The notes under the pieces are model-generated. The model was given only the letters and a program-made list of their open reading frames with translations, searched no databases and was not told the origin of the DNA. This document shows positions 19,433 through 29,522 of a stretch of 64,000 nt of DNA, piece after piece. How positions within the stretch are numbered: position 1 is the first letter of the stretch; the number at the start of each line of letters is the position of its first letter. The DNA lies in contig CAYWNT010000002.1 in the NCBI GenBank assembly GCA_964459725.1, forward strand, positions 19,719 through 83,718. Reading direction: 5' to 3'. The translations under genes were made by a program, and so were the position numbers. Origin of the DNA: an uncultured Gammaproteobacteria bacterium. Its GTDB lineage: Bacteria; Patescibacteriota; Patescibacteriia; Patescibacteriales; UBA12075.

Positions 19433-20476
19433 TTAATAATAGGCTGCATGTGTCTCCAGATCACGTTTTCCGTTTTTTGCAGTCTGTGCTGTTATTTTCC
19501 CCTGAGCATAAAGATCGTCAATTGATTTATTCATTGAAATCATACCCTCTTCCTGGCTTGACTGAATAACATTCATCATTTGTTCCACCTTGTTAGTTCT
19601 TATAAGATTTGATATGGCGTTATTATTTATCATCACCTCTCTGGCGGCCACAAGTCCACCTCCAACTTTTGGCAATAACTGTTGGGCAACTACCACTCTA
19701 AGCACTGAAGCTAATTGATGCAGGATCAAGCCCTGAGTTTCAATAGGGAAAAAATCAATTATCCTCTCAATCGTTTCGGGCGCGGTTGATGTATGTAAGG
19801 TGGCCAAAACCAAGTGTCCGGTCTTTGCTGCCATCAAGGCGGCCTTGATAGTTTCTGTATCTCTTGTCTCTCCGACCATGATTACATTTGGATCTTGTCT
19901 CAAGGCATACTTCAGGGCTGAGGAAAAGCTCAGAGTGTCTCTTCCGATTTGCCTTTGCTCAACTATACTCTGCTTATCGTGAAATCGAAATTCAATGGGA
20001 TCCTCAATGGTGATAATGTGCGCTCGTCTTTCGGAATTTATTATGTCCACCAAGGAGGCTAAGGTTGTTGACTTACCACTTCCGGTTGGCCCTGTAACCA
20101 ACACCAATCCGTCTCTTAAATGGGTAAGGCCATACAAAACTTCATTGAATCCGATATCGGCAGGCGACGGGATCACCAGAGGAATCAAACGAGCTGAAAG
20201 TGCCATTTTACCTTCCTGAAAATGTAAATTTACACGAAAATGATTGCCAAAAAACTCCATTGAAACATCCAAATCTCTCTTTCTTTTTAGTCTTTCGTTA
20301 GTTTTTTTGTCTAAATATGCATTAATCGCATATTTTAATTCTCCAAATGGAATTACATTGCTGCCAATCGGCTTTAATTCTCCAAAAACCCTCAAAGAAG
20401 GTATACTTCCTTCAACTAAATGGAGGTCAGAAGCGTTATTATCTATAGCATGTTTAAAATAATGATTTAAATCCAT
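19433..20476 (-). CDS. pilT: type IV pilus retraction ATPase PilT
   Basis: Walker A GPTGSGKSTTLAS, Walker B IMVGETRD, His box ATLHT, 347 aa. Confidence 0.85.
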   Translation of the reverse strand: MDLNHYFKHAIDNNASDLHLVEGSIPSLRVFGELKPIGSNVIPFGELKYAINAYLDKKTNERLKRKRDLDVSMEFFGNHFRVNLHFQEGKMALSARLIPLVIPSPADIGFNEVLYGLTHLRDGLVLVTGPTGSGKSTTLASLVDIINSERRAHIITIEDPIEFRFHDKQSIVEQRQIGRDTLSFSSALKYALRQDPNVIMVGETRDTETIKAALMAAKTGHLVLATLHTSTAPETIERIIDFFPIETQGLILHQLASVLRVVVAQQLLPKVGGGLVAAREVMINNNAISNLIRTNKVEQMMNVIQSSQEEGMISMNKSIDDLYAQGKITAQTAKNGKRDLETHAAYY

Positions 20477-20534
20477 ATTGTATATTATACATGTTTTCTA
20501 GGGAATATTGCAAGTAAGAAAATTTACCAAAAAA

Positions 20535-21092
20535 CTACTTTTTATCTCTAATGCTAAATTCACAACCGCAGTAATTTTGGCGATATAAATTAAGCTTCCT
20601 AGATACAGCGCAAGACTTTTTAAAGCCCTCATTTTTCTTAAAATCCTTGTCTAGGTACTTTATATTTTTGTCCTTCGATAACTCATTGCCAATTCGACTG
20701 ATTAACGCTGCGTCTTTATGCGGACTAGTTGTTAGAGTTGTGGCAAAATAATCAAAATTACTATTCTGAGCATACTCGGCTGTCTTTTTTAATCTATCCC
20801 TAAAGCAAACTTCACACCTTTTTCCTTTCTCCGGTTCGGACTCTAATCCCTTTACCATTTGGAGCCATTTTTTATGGTCATTTTCACTTATTACAAGTTT
20901 TAGTCCATATTCCTCGGAAATCCTCTTAGTTTCATGAAGTCTTTTTTTATACTCCTCCACAGGAAAAATATTTGGATTATAAAAAAACAGAGTAATATCA
21001 TATTCTGATTTTAACTCTTCTGATATATAGACTCCACACCCCACACAACAAATATGTAATAATAATTTTTTATTTGAATCTCCAATAACCAT
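20535..21092 (-). CDS. queH: epoxyqueuosine reductase QueH (DUF208)
   Basis: LLHICCVGCG, CEVCFRDRL and NYCGCEFS cysteine motifs, 185 aa. Confidence 0.8.
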   Translation of the reverse strand: MVIGDSNKKLLLHICCVGCGVYISEELKSEYDITLFFYNPNIFPVEEYKKRLHETKRISEEYGLKLVISENDHKKWLQMVKGLESEPEKGKRCEVCFRDRLKKTAEYAQNSNFDYFATTLTTSPHKDAALISRIGNELSKDKNIKYLDKDFKKNEGFKKSCAVSRKLNLYRQNYCGCEFSIRDKK

Positions 21093-21453
21093 AAATAGAA
21101 ATAATTATTATTCCAACCACACCTGCCAAAAAATCCAACTCTGAAGAGCTCCTGCCAGGAACGAACAACTGAATAAATTCACCCAAAAAGGCAAATAAGA
21201 GCCCGGCGAAAAAACTGATCTTCAAAATATCTCTTCTTTTTCTCTTGTTGGAATGAAGAACCAGGGCCACTAAAAATGAGAAAACTCCAAACATGGCAGC
21301 ATGGGCTATCTTGTCATAATAGGTAATCTTGTCTCCATTATAAGCCGGTGTTGGAAAAGAAATAAGGGCCAAAACAAATAAGGTCCAGGCAATCAATAAG
21401 AAAATTCTTAACCTTTTGGTCTTTACAATCTCTTTTTTTATTAATATCTTCAT
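21070..21453 (-). CDS. VanZ-family membrane protein
   Basis: DKIAHAAMFGVFSFL and FIQLFVPGRSSSELDFLAGVVG. 4 TM helices. Confidence 0.7.
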   Translation of the reverse strand: MKILIKKEIVKTKRLRIFLLIAWTLFVLALISFPTPAYNGDKITYYDKIAHAAMFGVFSFLVALVLHSNKRKRRDILKISFFAGLLFAFLGEFIQLFVPGRSSSELDFLAGVVGIIIISIYGYWRFK

Positions 21454-22523
21454 GTTTTATTAAATTTTTTATTAAAACCTAAAACGATCAGAATCATTAT
21501 AATAACTAGTAGTCCAATTGCGAATATCTTACCAGCACTCTGCAAAAACAGAGCGCTCATGCCAAAAACAAAAGAAAGCGCATAAAAAATAAACGCCACT
21601 CTTCTCTGGCCCATCCCGAGATCTAGCAATCTGAAATGCAAATGCTTTCTGTCGGCAAATTTAAAAGGATTTTTTCCATCTCTTAGTCTCCTGATTATAG
21701 TCCAGGCCACATCCATGATAGGAATACCCATTATCAAAAAAGCTATGGCTATTTTCCCGCCGGAAATTACAGCTAGGACACCCAAAGCATACCCCAAGAA
21801 CAAAGACCCTCCCTCTCCTAGGAATATCTTGGCCGGGTGCCAATTAAAAACCAAAAATCCGGCACACGCAGCAGACAGAGCCAGAGCTGCGATCCCAATA
21901 TCAGGCTGAAAATACCTAGTAGTCATTGTAAACAAAAAAGTAATAAAAGCCCCTATCCCGACTACTCCCGAAACTAGCCCGTCTACACCATCTAAAAGCT
22001 TGGTAGTATACATCATTCCCATCAACCATAAAAAAATAAAAATATCTGAAATAACCACAAAAAAATATTTATAACTTCCTATTTCCAATATCGGAATTTT
22101 TATTGAGTCCAAAAACAAAAATCCCCCCAGCGGATTAGTAATTTTTTCTATCTCAATGCCCCCCATAATGACCGCAAAAATAGCCAAGATGGGGAAAATA
22201 ATCTGTTGCCCTGGCTTCAATTTAAAAATATCATCCATTATCCCTCCAATAATCAAAAAACAAGCCCCAATAAAAAAGCCTATCCAGTGGCTAACTGTTA
22301 AATTTCCTGACAATAACTCGCTTTTTAAAAAAAGCAAAACAACAAAAAATGACAAAAAAATAGCAACACCTCCCATCAAGGGAATATTTTTTTTATGTAT
22401 CTTTCTTTCACTGTCGGGCTTATCAACTACATTAAAAAATAGTGCACTCCTCTTAATTGCCAGAGTGAATAAAATAGTCAATATAAATGTAGAAAAAAAA
22501 ACTATAATTAAATTCATTTCCAA
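21450..22523 (-). CDS. polyprenyl-phosphate HexNAc-1-phosphate transferase (MraY/WecA family, WecA/TagO-like)
   Basis: DDIFKLKP, TKLLDGVDGL and DRKHLHFRLL (WecA-type rather than the MraY HHHFE). 357 aa, polytopic. Confidence 0.8.
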   Translation of the reverse strand: MEMNLIIVFFSTFILTILFTLAIKRSALFFNVVDKPDSERKIHKKNIPLMGGVAIFLSFFVVLLFLKSELLSGNLTVSHWIGFFIGACFLIIGGIMDDIFKLKPGQQIIFPILAIFAVIMGGIEIEKITNPLGGFLFLDSIKIPILEIGSYKYFFVVISDIFIFLWLMGMMYTTKLLDGVDGLVSGVVGIGAFITFLFTMTTRYFQPDIGIAALALSAACAGFLVFNWHPAKIFLGEGGSLFLGYALGVLAVISGGKIAIAFLIMGIPIMDVAWTIIRRLRDGKNPFKFADRKHLHFRLLDLGMGQRRVAFIFYALSFVFGMSALFLQSAGKIFAIGLLVIIMILIVLGFNKKFNKT

Positions 22524-22574
22524 GTGTTATAATTAATCGTAAAATTGTATTGTCTTTATTGATGGTGTCTAGCT

Positions 22575-25322
22575 CTATAGCTCTCTTCCTTTTTCAACCT
22601 CAATCTCTGCGTCTTTATTTATAACCACAGTGTCTCTCCTCTCTAACTCTCCAGACAATATCTTATTAGCCACAATATTTTCCACTCTTTCTTGTAGGAC
22701 TCTTCTGAGTGGCCTAGCTCCAAACTTAGGGTCATAACCATCCTTAGCCAGGATGCGCACTCCCTCATCTTCAGCCCTGAGAGCAATACCTTTTACCTCC
22801 AATATTTTTGCAATGTTATCTATTAGCAAGCCGGCAATCTGGAAGACATGCTCACGACTAAGCGGTTCAAAAACAATAACTCCATCAAAACGATTGATAA
22901 GCTCCGGACGCATCACCTTGTTTAAATGCTCGTTTATGAGCGTCCTCTTTATCTCTTCGTGAGGCTTACCTCCAAAAATACTTTCTTGAATATACAACGC
23001 TCCAACATTGGAAGTAGCTATTATGATGCTATTTGTAAAATCAACCGTTCTTCCCTGCCCATCTGTAAGTCGACCATCATCCATAACTTGTAAAAACAGG
23101 TTCAAGATATCTCCGTGAGCTTTCTCGAGCTCATCTAAGAGTATAAGGGAAAAAGGTGACTTTCGCACTGCTTCTGTCAAATATCCCTTAATGCCAGTAG
23201 CATCTCCGATCATCTTTTTTATGGAATCAGGATGCTGATACTCACTCATATCCACCCTGATCATATATTTCTCATCCCCAAAATATATCTCCGACACAGT
23301 CTTCGCCAACTCTGTTTTACCAACACCGGTAGGTCCCAAAAATAAAAAATTAGCAATTGGCTTCTTGCCCTCCCTTAACTGAGCTCTAGCTCTTCTCAGA
23401 CTAGCTGAAACCATATTTACAGCCTCTTCTTGTCCGATCATCCTTTTATGAATGTTTTTCTCAAGCTCCAAAAGGGCCTTGCCTTCTGTGTCTGTTATTT
23501 TGGTTGTAGGAATTTTTGTAATTTCCGCTATAGCCCTGGATATATCCTCCTTGGTCACCACTGACCTCATTCCTCTTGTCTTGCGGACATTTACACCAAC
23601 TAGTTTTAATATATTTATAGCCTTTTCTGGTAAATACTTATCATGAATATACTTTTTGGAAAGTTTTATCGCTTGCTCTATAGCATTATATGAATAATAC
23701 ACTCCATAACTACCCTCCAGAAGTCCAATCTTGCTCTCCACCATCTGTATAGCCCTGTCTCCCACCGGCTCCAGCACATCCACCTTTCTCATAATTTTCC
23801 CAATAGACTTATCCTCTATGTATTTTGTATAATTAGCCGCCGTTGCTGTAGCTATGCAATAAATCTGCCTCTTGTCAATTGCACTAGCTAAAACTTCTGA
23901 CAAATCCATACTCCCCTCACCCCCACTTGTAATGCCGATAATGTTTTCTATATTGTTCAGGCAAAGAATAACATTTCCCGCCCTCATAGTCTCATCAACC
24001 AAGACCATCATCCGACCTTCAGCCTGTGATGGAGTGGCTCCACTTACAAGTCTGGCAGCATCAATCTCAACCAAACGTTTATCGCGCATAAATAACGGCA
24101 CATCTTCTTTTACCATAAGCTCAGCCAAGCCGCTCAAAATCGTATTTTTACCCACTCCTTTAGGACCGACTAATAAAGCCCCATTCATTCCCCCTTCAAA
24201 TATTTGAAATATCTTATTCAGCTCATCCTCTCTCGAGACACAATACTCCAGCTTCCCCCATTTTGAAGCTACAGTCAGGTCATAACCATAATTATCCAAA
24301 ACCGGTGTAGCAACAGCAGTGTAAGCCCTATCCATATTTGTGCTTGGTTTTAGTCTAGATTTCTTTCGATATGCCTTGTAATTTTTAGTGATTATATCAT
24401 TTACATTAAACCAAACAACAACATTTAAAATCTTGTCTGGGGTAATCTCCATATCATACAGGAGTTCGCCTAAATATTTATCTTTTTTTACACAAGAAAC
24501 GATTAAGTTCTTTGGGCTCACCACGCTCTGACCATGAACCAACGCCTCTAAATAAGCCTCAATTAATATCTCCTTACTACTAAGAGATAGATCGATCTGA
24601 CCATCAGCTTTTTCTATAGATGCTAATCCTTCTTTCACCTTCAGGAGAAGTCTGTCTGTGTCAGCATTTAAACGTGAGAGTATGGATTGAACCTCCTGAT
24701 TACCGAGCAATGAGAAAAAAATATGAATAGGAAGAACTTGAGCATGCCCCATTTTATGAGCCAATAAAAAAGCATTCTCTGCTATCGCATAAGCAGCCTC
24801 ACTGAAGCCCTTCTCCACATCTATCTTTGATTTATTTTTATACTTCTTCAATTGCTCCCAATTATTCGGCAGTTCTTTTATGGAATACTTGTCATCGTAT
24901 GAAATTTGCCCTATCTCCTTTTTTAGTCGCACACCCTCGCCAGCCCTATAAATTATATACATATCCGCAATCGCACTTACCCAAAAGACAAAAAGGAGAT
25001 AATGATTTTCTTTCCAAAAGAAATAATCAAAAGTGCCAAAACTGTCCTGACTAGTCTTATAAAACCAAATAGCAAGAGCCAAGAGCCCGAGAAATCCGAT
25101 GAAGTAAGCAAAAAGTAATATGGTCTTTTGAATTTTTTTTCGAAGATGGTCAAGCTCTATCGTAGCGATCCCAAATTTCGGTCCCCAATAAAAAAATCTA
25201 GTATATTCAAATATCCCTATGCCCATACCGGCACAATTTGGACAACGAAATCCCAACTTGTTCTTTCCGCTACCAGAACAAAGTGGACATGAAATAAATT
25301 TTTTTTCTGTATATGATTCCAT
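22575..25322 (-). CDS. membrane-anchored Clp/Hsp100 AAA+ ATPase with an N-terminal DnaJ-type zinc finger and a degenerate D1
   Basis: CPLCSGSG...CPNCAGMG, then 2 TM helices and Clp-N-like repeats. D1 P-loop is GPKGVGKNT and D1 Walker B is ILCLNNIE (DE replaced by NN). D2 is intact (GPTGVGKTELAK, LILLDELEKAH). Confidence 0.8.
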   Translation of the reverse strand: MESYTEKKFISCPLCSGSGKNKLGFRCPNCAGMGIGIFEYTRFFYWGPKFGIATIELDHLRKKIQKTILLFAYFIGFLGLLALAIWFYKTSQDSFGTFDYFFWKENHYLLFVFWVSAIADMYIIYRAGEGVRLKKEIGQISYDDKYSIKELPNNWEQLKKYKNKSKIDVEKGFSEAAYAIAENAFLLAHKMGHAQVLPIHIFFSLLGNQEVQSILSRLNADTDRLLLKVKEGLASIEKADGQIDLSLSSKEILIEAYLEALVHGQSVVSPKNLIVSCVKKDKYLGELLYDMEITPDKILNVVVWFNVNDIITKNYKAYRKKSRLKPSTNMDRAYTAVATPVLDNYGYDLTVASKWGKLEYCVSREDELNKIFQIFEGGMNGALLVGPKGVGKNTILSGLAELMVKEDVPLFMRDKRLVEIDAARLVSGATPSQAEGRMMVLVDETMRAGNVILCLNNIENIIGITSGGEGSMDLSEVLASAIDKRQIYCIATATAANYTKYIEDKSIGKIMRKVDVLEPVGDRAIQMVESKIGLLEGSYGVYYSYNAIEQAIKLSKKYIHDKYLPEKAINILKLVGVNVRKTRGMRSVVTKEDISRAIAEITKIPTTKITDTEGKALLELEKNIHKRMIGQEEAVNMVSASLRRARAQLREGKKPIANFLFLGPTGVGKTELAKTVSEIYFGDEKYMIRVDMSEYQHPDSIKKMIGDATGIKGYLTEAVRKSPFSLILLDELEKAHGDILNLFLQVMDDGRLTDGQGRTVDFTNSIIIATSNVGALYIQESIFGGKPHEEIKRTLINEHLNKVMRPELINRFDGVIVFEPLSREHVFQIAGLLIDNIAKILEVKGIALRAEDEGVRILAKDGYDPKFGARPLRRVLQERVENIVANKILSGELERRDTVVINKDAEIEVEKGREL

Positions 25323-25340
25323 TTAACAAATTTTAAAACG

Positions 25341-25721
25341 TTATGTAAATAACTGAGGTAGTACTTGGTATGTAATTTCCAACAAAACTATTATTGGGAA
25401 CGAAATCCAAAAAATTAACAAAAACAATGCTATGGCCAAAATAACCAACATTACTATACTCCTAGCAATAATCTGAATGAGTCTGATAAAAAAACTAATC
25501 AATCTGCCCTGCCAGTCAGTTTGTCCAAACATTGGAACAAAAATATTTTTTATCCAAATTAAAAGACCGGTTATCTTTAACCAGTCAGACAAAAAAGACA
25601 GAAGAGATCTAATAGTCTGCACCAACCCTCTGGTGTACCACCAAACCGGGAAATAGACCACATCACTAATAATCTCTAAGATTATTTTAAAACTGTACAA
25701 TATAGGATTATTTGTTATCAT
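25341..25721 (-). CDS. hypothetical membrane protein
   Basis: 126 aa, 3-4 hydrophobic helices. Sits 18 nt upstream of the Clp-like gene on the same strand. Confidence 0.45.
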   Translation of the reverse strand: MITNNPILYSFKIILEIISDVVYFPVWWYTRGLVQTIRSLLSFLSDWLKITGLLIWIKNIFVPMFGQTDWQGRLISFFIRLIQIIARSIVMLVILAIALFLLIFWISFPIIVLLEITYQVLPQLFT

Positions 25722-25930
25722 TAATTCTTTTTTTACTATATAAACAAAAAAGCAAACTCAGGAAATAAAAATCTCAAACTCCTAAACAGACAATAGTTTT
25801 TATTCAAAATAATCACACTTGAGTCTTTACATATTATACCATTTTTTTATATTTTTTAAAAATTATCAAAATCTTATATTTTTATCTCGACTTTCATTAA
25901 TTAGGCTAATACTGGTAAAATAAAAAATTA

Positions 25931-25959
25931 TTGACAAAAATATTTAGCTCTGATATACT
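25931..25959 (+). promoter_or_regulatory. sigma70-type promoter for rpmA
   Basis: TTGACA, 17-nt spacer, TATACT. Confidence 0.6.
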
Positions 25960-25977
25960 AATTATAGTTATAAAGAC

Positions 25978-26010
25978 TTACTTTTCCACAAGAAAAGTAT
26001 TATTTTTTTA
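25978..26010 (+). promoter_or_regulatory. terminator-like hairpin in the rpmA 5' leader (possible attenuator)
   Basis: TACTTTTC-CACAA-GAAAAGTA followed by TTATTTTTTT, about 22 nt before the rpmA ATG. Confidence 0.45.
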
Positions 26011-26031
26011 GAATAATTAATAAATAACCAT

Positions 26032-26313
26032 ATGGCACATAAAAAGGCTGGTGGCTCCAGTAGGAATGGACGCGATTCGAATAGTAAGCGTCTAGGCGTA
26101 AAGTTATCAGATGGACAATACGCAAAATCAGGCGCTATCATAATCAGACAACGAGGAACAAAATACAGACCAGGAGAAAATGTGAAGAAAGGGAAAGATG
26201 ATACTTTATTCTCTATCACTCCAGGACTTGTAAAATTTACTACCAGAAAGTTAATGAAATTCAATAACAAGCTGAAATCGACAAAAATAGTAAACGTAAT
26301 TCCTTCAAAATAA
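26032..26313 (+). CDS. rpmA: 50S ribosomal protein L27
   Basis: [24 protein letters not shown]...[16 protein letters not shown]. Confidence 0.95.
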   Translation: MAHKKAGGSSRNGRDSNSKRLGVKLSDGQYAKSGAIIIRQRGTKYRPGENVKKGKDDTLFSITPGLVKFTTRKLMKFNNKLKSTKIVNVIPSK

Positions 26314-26347
26314 AAAATCTACGTAGATGTCTACGTAGATTTTTTTA
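26313..26347. terminator. bidirectional terminator between rpmA and pyrG
   Basis: AAAATCTACGTAGA-TG-TCTACGTAGATTTT, a perfect 14-bp stem flanked by A and T runs. Confidence 0.75.
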
Positions 26348-26360
26348 TTGTAATTTTTTA

Positions 26361-28031
26361 TTATTTTTCTCCTATACAAACTTTTACAAACTCTACAAAT
26401 AAAGGATGCGGATCAAGCGGCCTAGAGATATATTCTGGATGAAACTGAACACCGACAAAGAATGGATGATCTGTTATTTCTACTGCTTCTACTATTTTGT
26501 CATCAGGTGAAGTTCCAGCTATTGTAAGTCCTGCTTTTTCTAGTTGTTCTCTATAGTCGTTATTAAACTCATATCTATGTCTATGACGCTCTGATATTGT
26601 GTCCTCATTTCCGAATTTGCTCTCATAAGCCTTAGCCAAACGAGTTCCTTTTTTCAGTTTACATGGCCAACCTCCAAGTCGGATAGTACCGCCGTATTGC
26701 TTCTTCTCAAGTAGCTCTTTTTGTTCTGGCATGATATGAATCACTGGATCAGGTGTGCCTGAGTTTACCTCTTCAGAATTTGCATCTTTTAGTCCAAGTA
26801 CATTTCTAGAATACTCAATAACCGCCATCTGCATTCCGTAACAAAGACCAAAATATGGCTTCTTGTTTTCTCGGCAATACTTAATGGTGTCAATCTTACC
26901 TTCACTCCCTCTATTGCCCCAACCCTGTGGAACTATGATCCCATCATAACTATCCAACTCCTTAGTACCGTTTTTCTCAATCTCTTCAGTATTGATCCAA
27001 GTTAGATCTGCCTTGCAATCATTTACAATACAAGCATGTTTAATTGCTTCTATTACGGATATATAAGAATCAGACAAGGAAAAATCACCGGTTGAAAAAT
27101 ATTTTCCCACAATACCAATCTTAACTTTTTTATCTCCTTTTTTAGAGTTATCAACCATTTTTTTCCACTCGCTCAGATCATTCTGTCTAGGCTTTAGGTC
27201 AAATTTTTCTAATATCCGATCTCCAAGATTGTCTTTTTCAAAATTAATTGGAACATCGTAGATAGATTCAATGTCAGGCGCCGATATCACAGCGTCTTTG
27301 GCCACATTGCAGTGTATGGCAATCTTTTTCCTTCGTGGCTCGTCAATCTCAACTCTTGACCTAGCTACAATAAAATCAGGCTGAATTCCAGCGCTATTTA
27401 GACTCCTGACGGCATGCTGGGTAGGCTTGGTTTTCATCTCACCTACTTTAGCCGGAATTGGAAGATAGCTTACCATTACAAATTGAATATTATCAGGATT
27501 TTCCAGATGCATAAATCTCGCTGCTTCTAAGAACAGTAAATTCTCGTACTCGCCAACCGTGCCCCCAATTTCGATCACCATTATTTCAGCCCCAGTCTTT
27601 TTTACCGCACCTCTTATTCTGTCTCTGATCTCCATTGGAATATGAGGCACAACCTGCACGCATTTTCCTTTGTATTCCAAATTTCTTTCTTTTTGAATGA
27701 CCGTCTGGTATACACGACCAGTGGTCATGTAATTTTCTCTATAAATATTTTTATTTAAAAATCTCTCATAATTACCTATGTCCTGATCAGTCTCATCACC
27801 ATCCTCGGTGACAAATACTTCTCCATGTTCTACCGGGTTCATTGTACCGGCATCAACATTTACATAAGGATCAACCTTGATGGCGCTCACATTATACCCC
27901 TTAGATTGTAAAATAGTACCAATTGAAGCAGTGGTAATACCCTTACCAACACCACTCATAACTCCTCCTACTACAAAAATATATTTTGTAGGATCATTTT
28001 CAGCTATAGCCGAACTTTTAGTTAAACTCAT
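26361..28031 (-). CDS. pyrG: CTP synthase
   Basis: YIFVVGGVMSGVGKGITTASIG and the glutaminase domain GLCYGMQ...HRHRYEFN. 556 aa. Confidence 0.95.
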   Translation of the reverse strand: MSLTKSSAIAENDPTKYIFVVGGVMSGVGKGITTASIGTILQSKGYNVSAIKVDPYVNVDAGTMNPVEHGEVFVTEDGDETDQDIGNYERFLNKNIYRENYMTTGRVYQTVIQKERNLEYKGKCVQVVPHIPMEIRDRIRGAVKKTGAEIMVIEIGGTVGEYENLLFLEAARFMHLENPDNIQFVMVSYLPIPAKVGEMKTKPTQHAVRSLNSAGIQPDFIVARSRVEIDEPRRKKIAIHCNVAKDAVISAPDIESIYDVPINFEKDNLGDRILEKFDLKPRQNDLSEWKKMVDNSKKGDKKVKIGIVGKYFSTGDFSLSDSYISVIEAIKHACIVNDCKADLTWINTEEIEKNGTKELDSYDGIIVPQGWGNRGSEGKIDTIKYCRENKKPYFGLCYGMQMAVIEYSRNVLGLKDANSEEVNSGTPDPVIHIMPEQKELLEKKQYGGTIRLGGWPCKLKKGTRLAKAYESKFGNEDTISERHRHRYEFNNDYREQLEKAGLTIAGTSPDDKIVEAVEITDHPFFVGVQFHPEYISRPLDPHPLFVEFVKVCIGEK

Positions 28032-28232
28032 AGTTTTATAAACAGATCATGGACAGCACCAATCTCCATTTTGTTAATAATTAAAAGATTTAAAAATTGA
28101 AAGATTTAATGACTATAAATTTACAAACAAAATCCAAACACCGAATTTCAAAATACAAATATTTTTTGGTTATTGTTTTTTTAGTATTGGTTATTGTTTG
28201 TTGATTGTTATTTGATAATTGTAAATTAAAAC

Positions 28233-29522
28233 CTAATTCAGATCAGTAGAACTAGATACCTTCTCTGTCGTTGTGCCTACCCCAATATCCTCCCCATTCA
28301 AAAAACCAATTGCAACCTCCATTTGTGGATCATTTCCACTATTATAGTCATCCAGGGTCAGATCAATAATATTATCAGGCTCAATTCCTTCGTCGTTTAT
28401 ACTCCTCCCCTTTGGTGTTAGCCATTTGGCTACGGTAATTTTTACCGAAGAGCCATCACTAAAATTACTTAAAGTCTGGACTGACCCTTTGCCAAAAGTC
28501 TTTTTACCAACTATTATTGCCTCATCATAATCCTGCAATGCCCCAGACACAATCTCAGCTGCTGAAGCGCTCCCCTCGTTTACCAAAACCACAGTTTTGT
28601 AACTTTTCAAACGAGCTCTTCCTCTGGCCAAATGCTCATTCTTATTATCCTCGCTATAATGCTCTGTAACCACTACTCCTGTCTCAACCCACTCACTAGC
28701 CATTTCAATAGCGGTGTCCAGGTATCCTCCTGGATTATTTCTTAGATCCACTATTATCCCTTTTGGATTCTTTTTTATAATATTTCTAACTGCTTTATTA
28801 AATAAATCAATCGTATCATTGTTAAAATTAGTTATTTTTACTACATAAATATCATCATCTCTGTGAGTTTCTCTTACGCTTTTTACTATTATCTTCCCTC
28901 TTTCAATTGTAAAGTCAGTTAGCCCGTCCTTGCCCTCTCTTGCAATAGACAGAACGACCTCAGTGCCCTTCGGACCTCTTATTTTATTTACAGCTTCATC
29001 TATACTTATTCCCATTGTGGATTCACCATTAATAAGAAAAACCTTATCTCCAGCCATAAGACCTGCTTTTTCTGCAGGCATTTCAGGAAGTGGTGCCACT
29101 ATAGTCAAAATATCGTCCTTGATTCCAATTTCAGCTCCAATGCCCTCAAAGGTGCCAGCCAAATCATCTGTAAAATCTTTTGAAATTTTAGGATCCATAA
29201 AAACAGTATAGGGATCCTCAAGAGAATCTACCATGCCCCGAATGGCTCCATAAAACATCTTTTTTTCATTTACTTTTTCCTGATCCACATAAAGACTACT
29301 GACAGACTCCCAAACATCCCAAAATAAACTAAAATCGATATCCTGAGTTAGCTGCCCTGGTTCAGGCTCGCTAAATTTTCCAAGAATCTTACCGGCATAG
29401 ACGGCCTGTTTCTTTGAAAGATCCATTATGACGTCATTTCGAGCAGCAAAATATGCTCCAAACTCAAAACTGACAAACATAAGGACAACTATAATTATAT
29501 ATTTTAAAATTTTTTTATACAT
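28233..29522 (-). CDS. S41-family C-terminal processing peptidase with PDZ
   Basis: FEGIGAEI, PDZ (AGLMAGDKVFLING), NEGSASAAEI, TFGKGSVQ, and an N-terminal TM anchor. Confidence 0.85.
   Translation of the reverse strand: MYKKILKYIIIVVLMFVSFEFGAYFAARNDVIMDLSKKQAVYAGKILGKFSEPEPGQLTQDIDFSLFWDVWESVSSLYVDQEKVNEKKMFYGAIRGMVDSLEDPYTVFMDPKISKDFTDDLAGTFEGIGAEIGIKDDILTIVAPLPEMPAEKAGLMAGDKVFLINGESTMGISIDEAVNKIRGPKGTEVVLSIAREGKDGLTDFTIERGKIIVKSVRETHRDDDIYVVKITNFNNDTIDLFNKAVRNIIKKNPKGIIVDLRNNPGGYLDTAIEMASEWVETGVVVTEHYSEDNKNEHLARGRARLKSYKTVVLVNEGSASAAEIVSGALQDYDEAIIVGKKTFGKGSVQTLSNFSDGSSVKITVAKWLTPKGRSINDEGIEPDNIIDLTLDDYNSGNDPQMEVAIGFLNGEDIGVGTTTEKVSSSTDLN

Noticed and set aside
22156-22536. Many long antisense ORFs in the track, for example 22156..22536, 31386..31805, 31990..32355, 42049..42465, 43214..43573 and 55872..56348.
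   Set aside because: Each lies fully inside a longer opposite-strand gene with clear family motifs or coherent architecture. The translations are low-complexity (S/L/F/I-rich) shadows.
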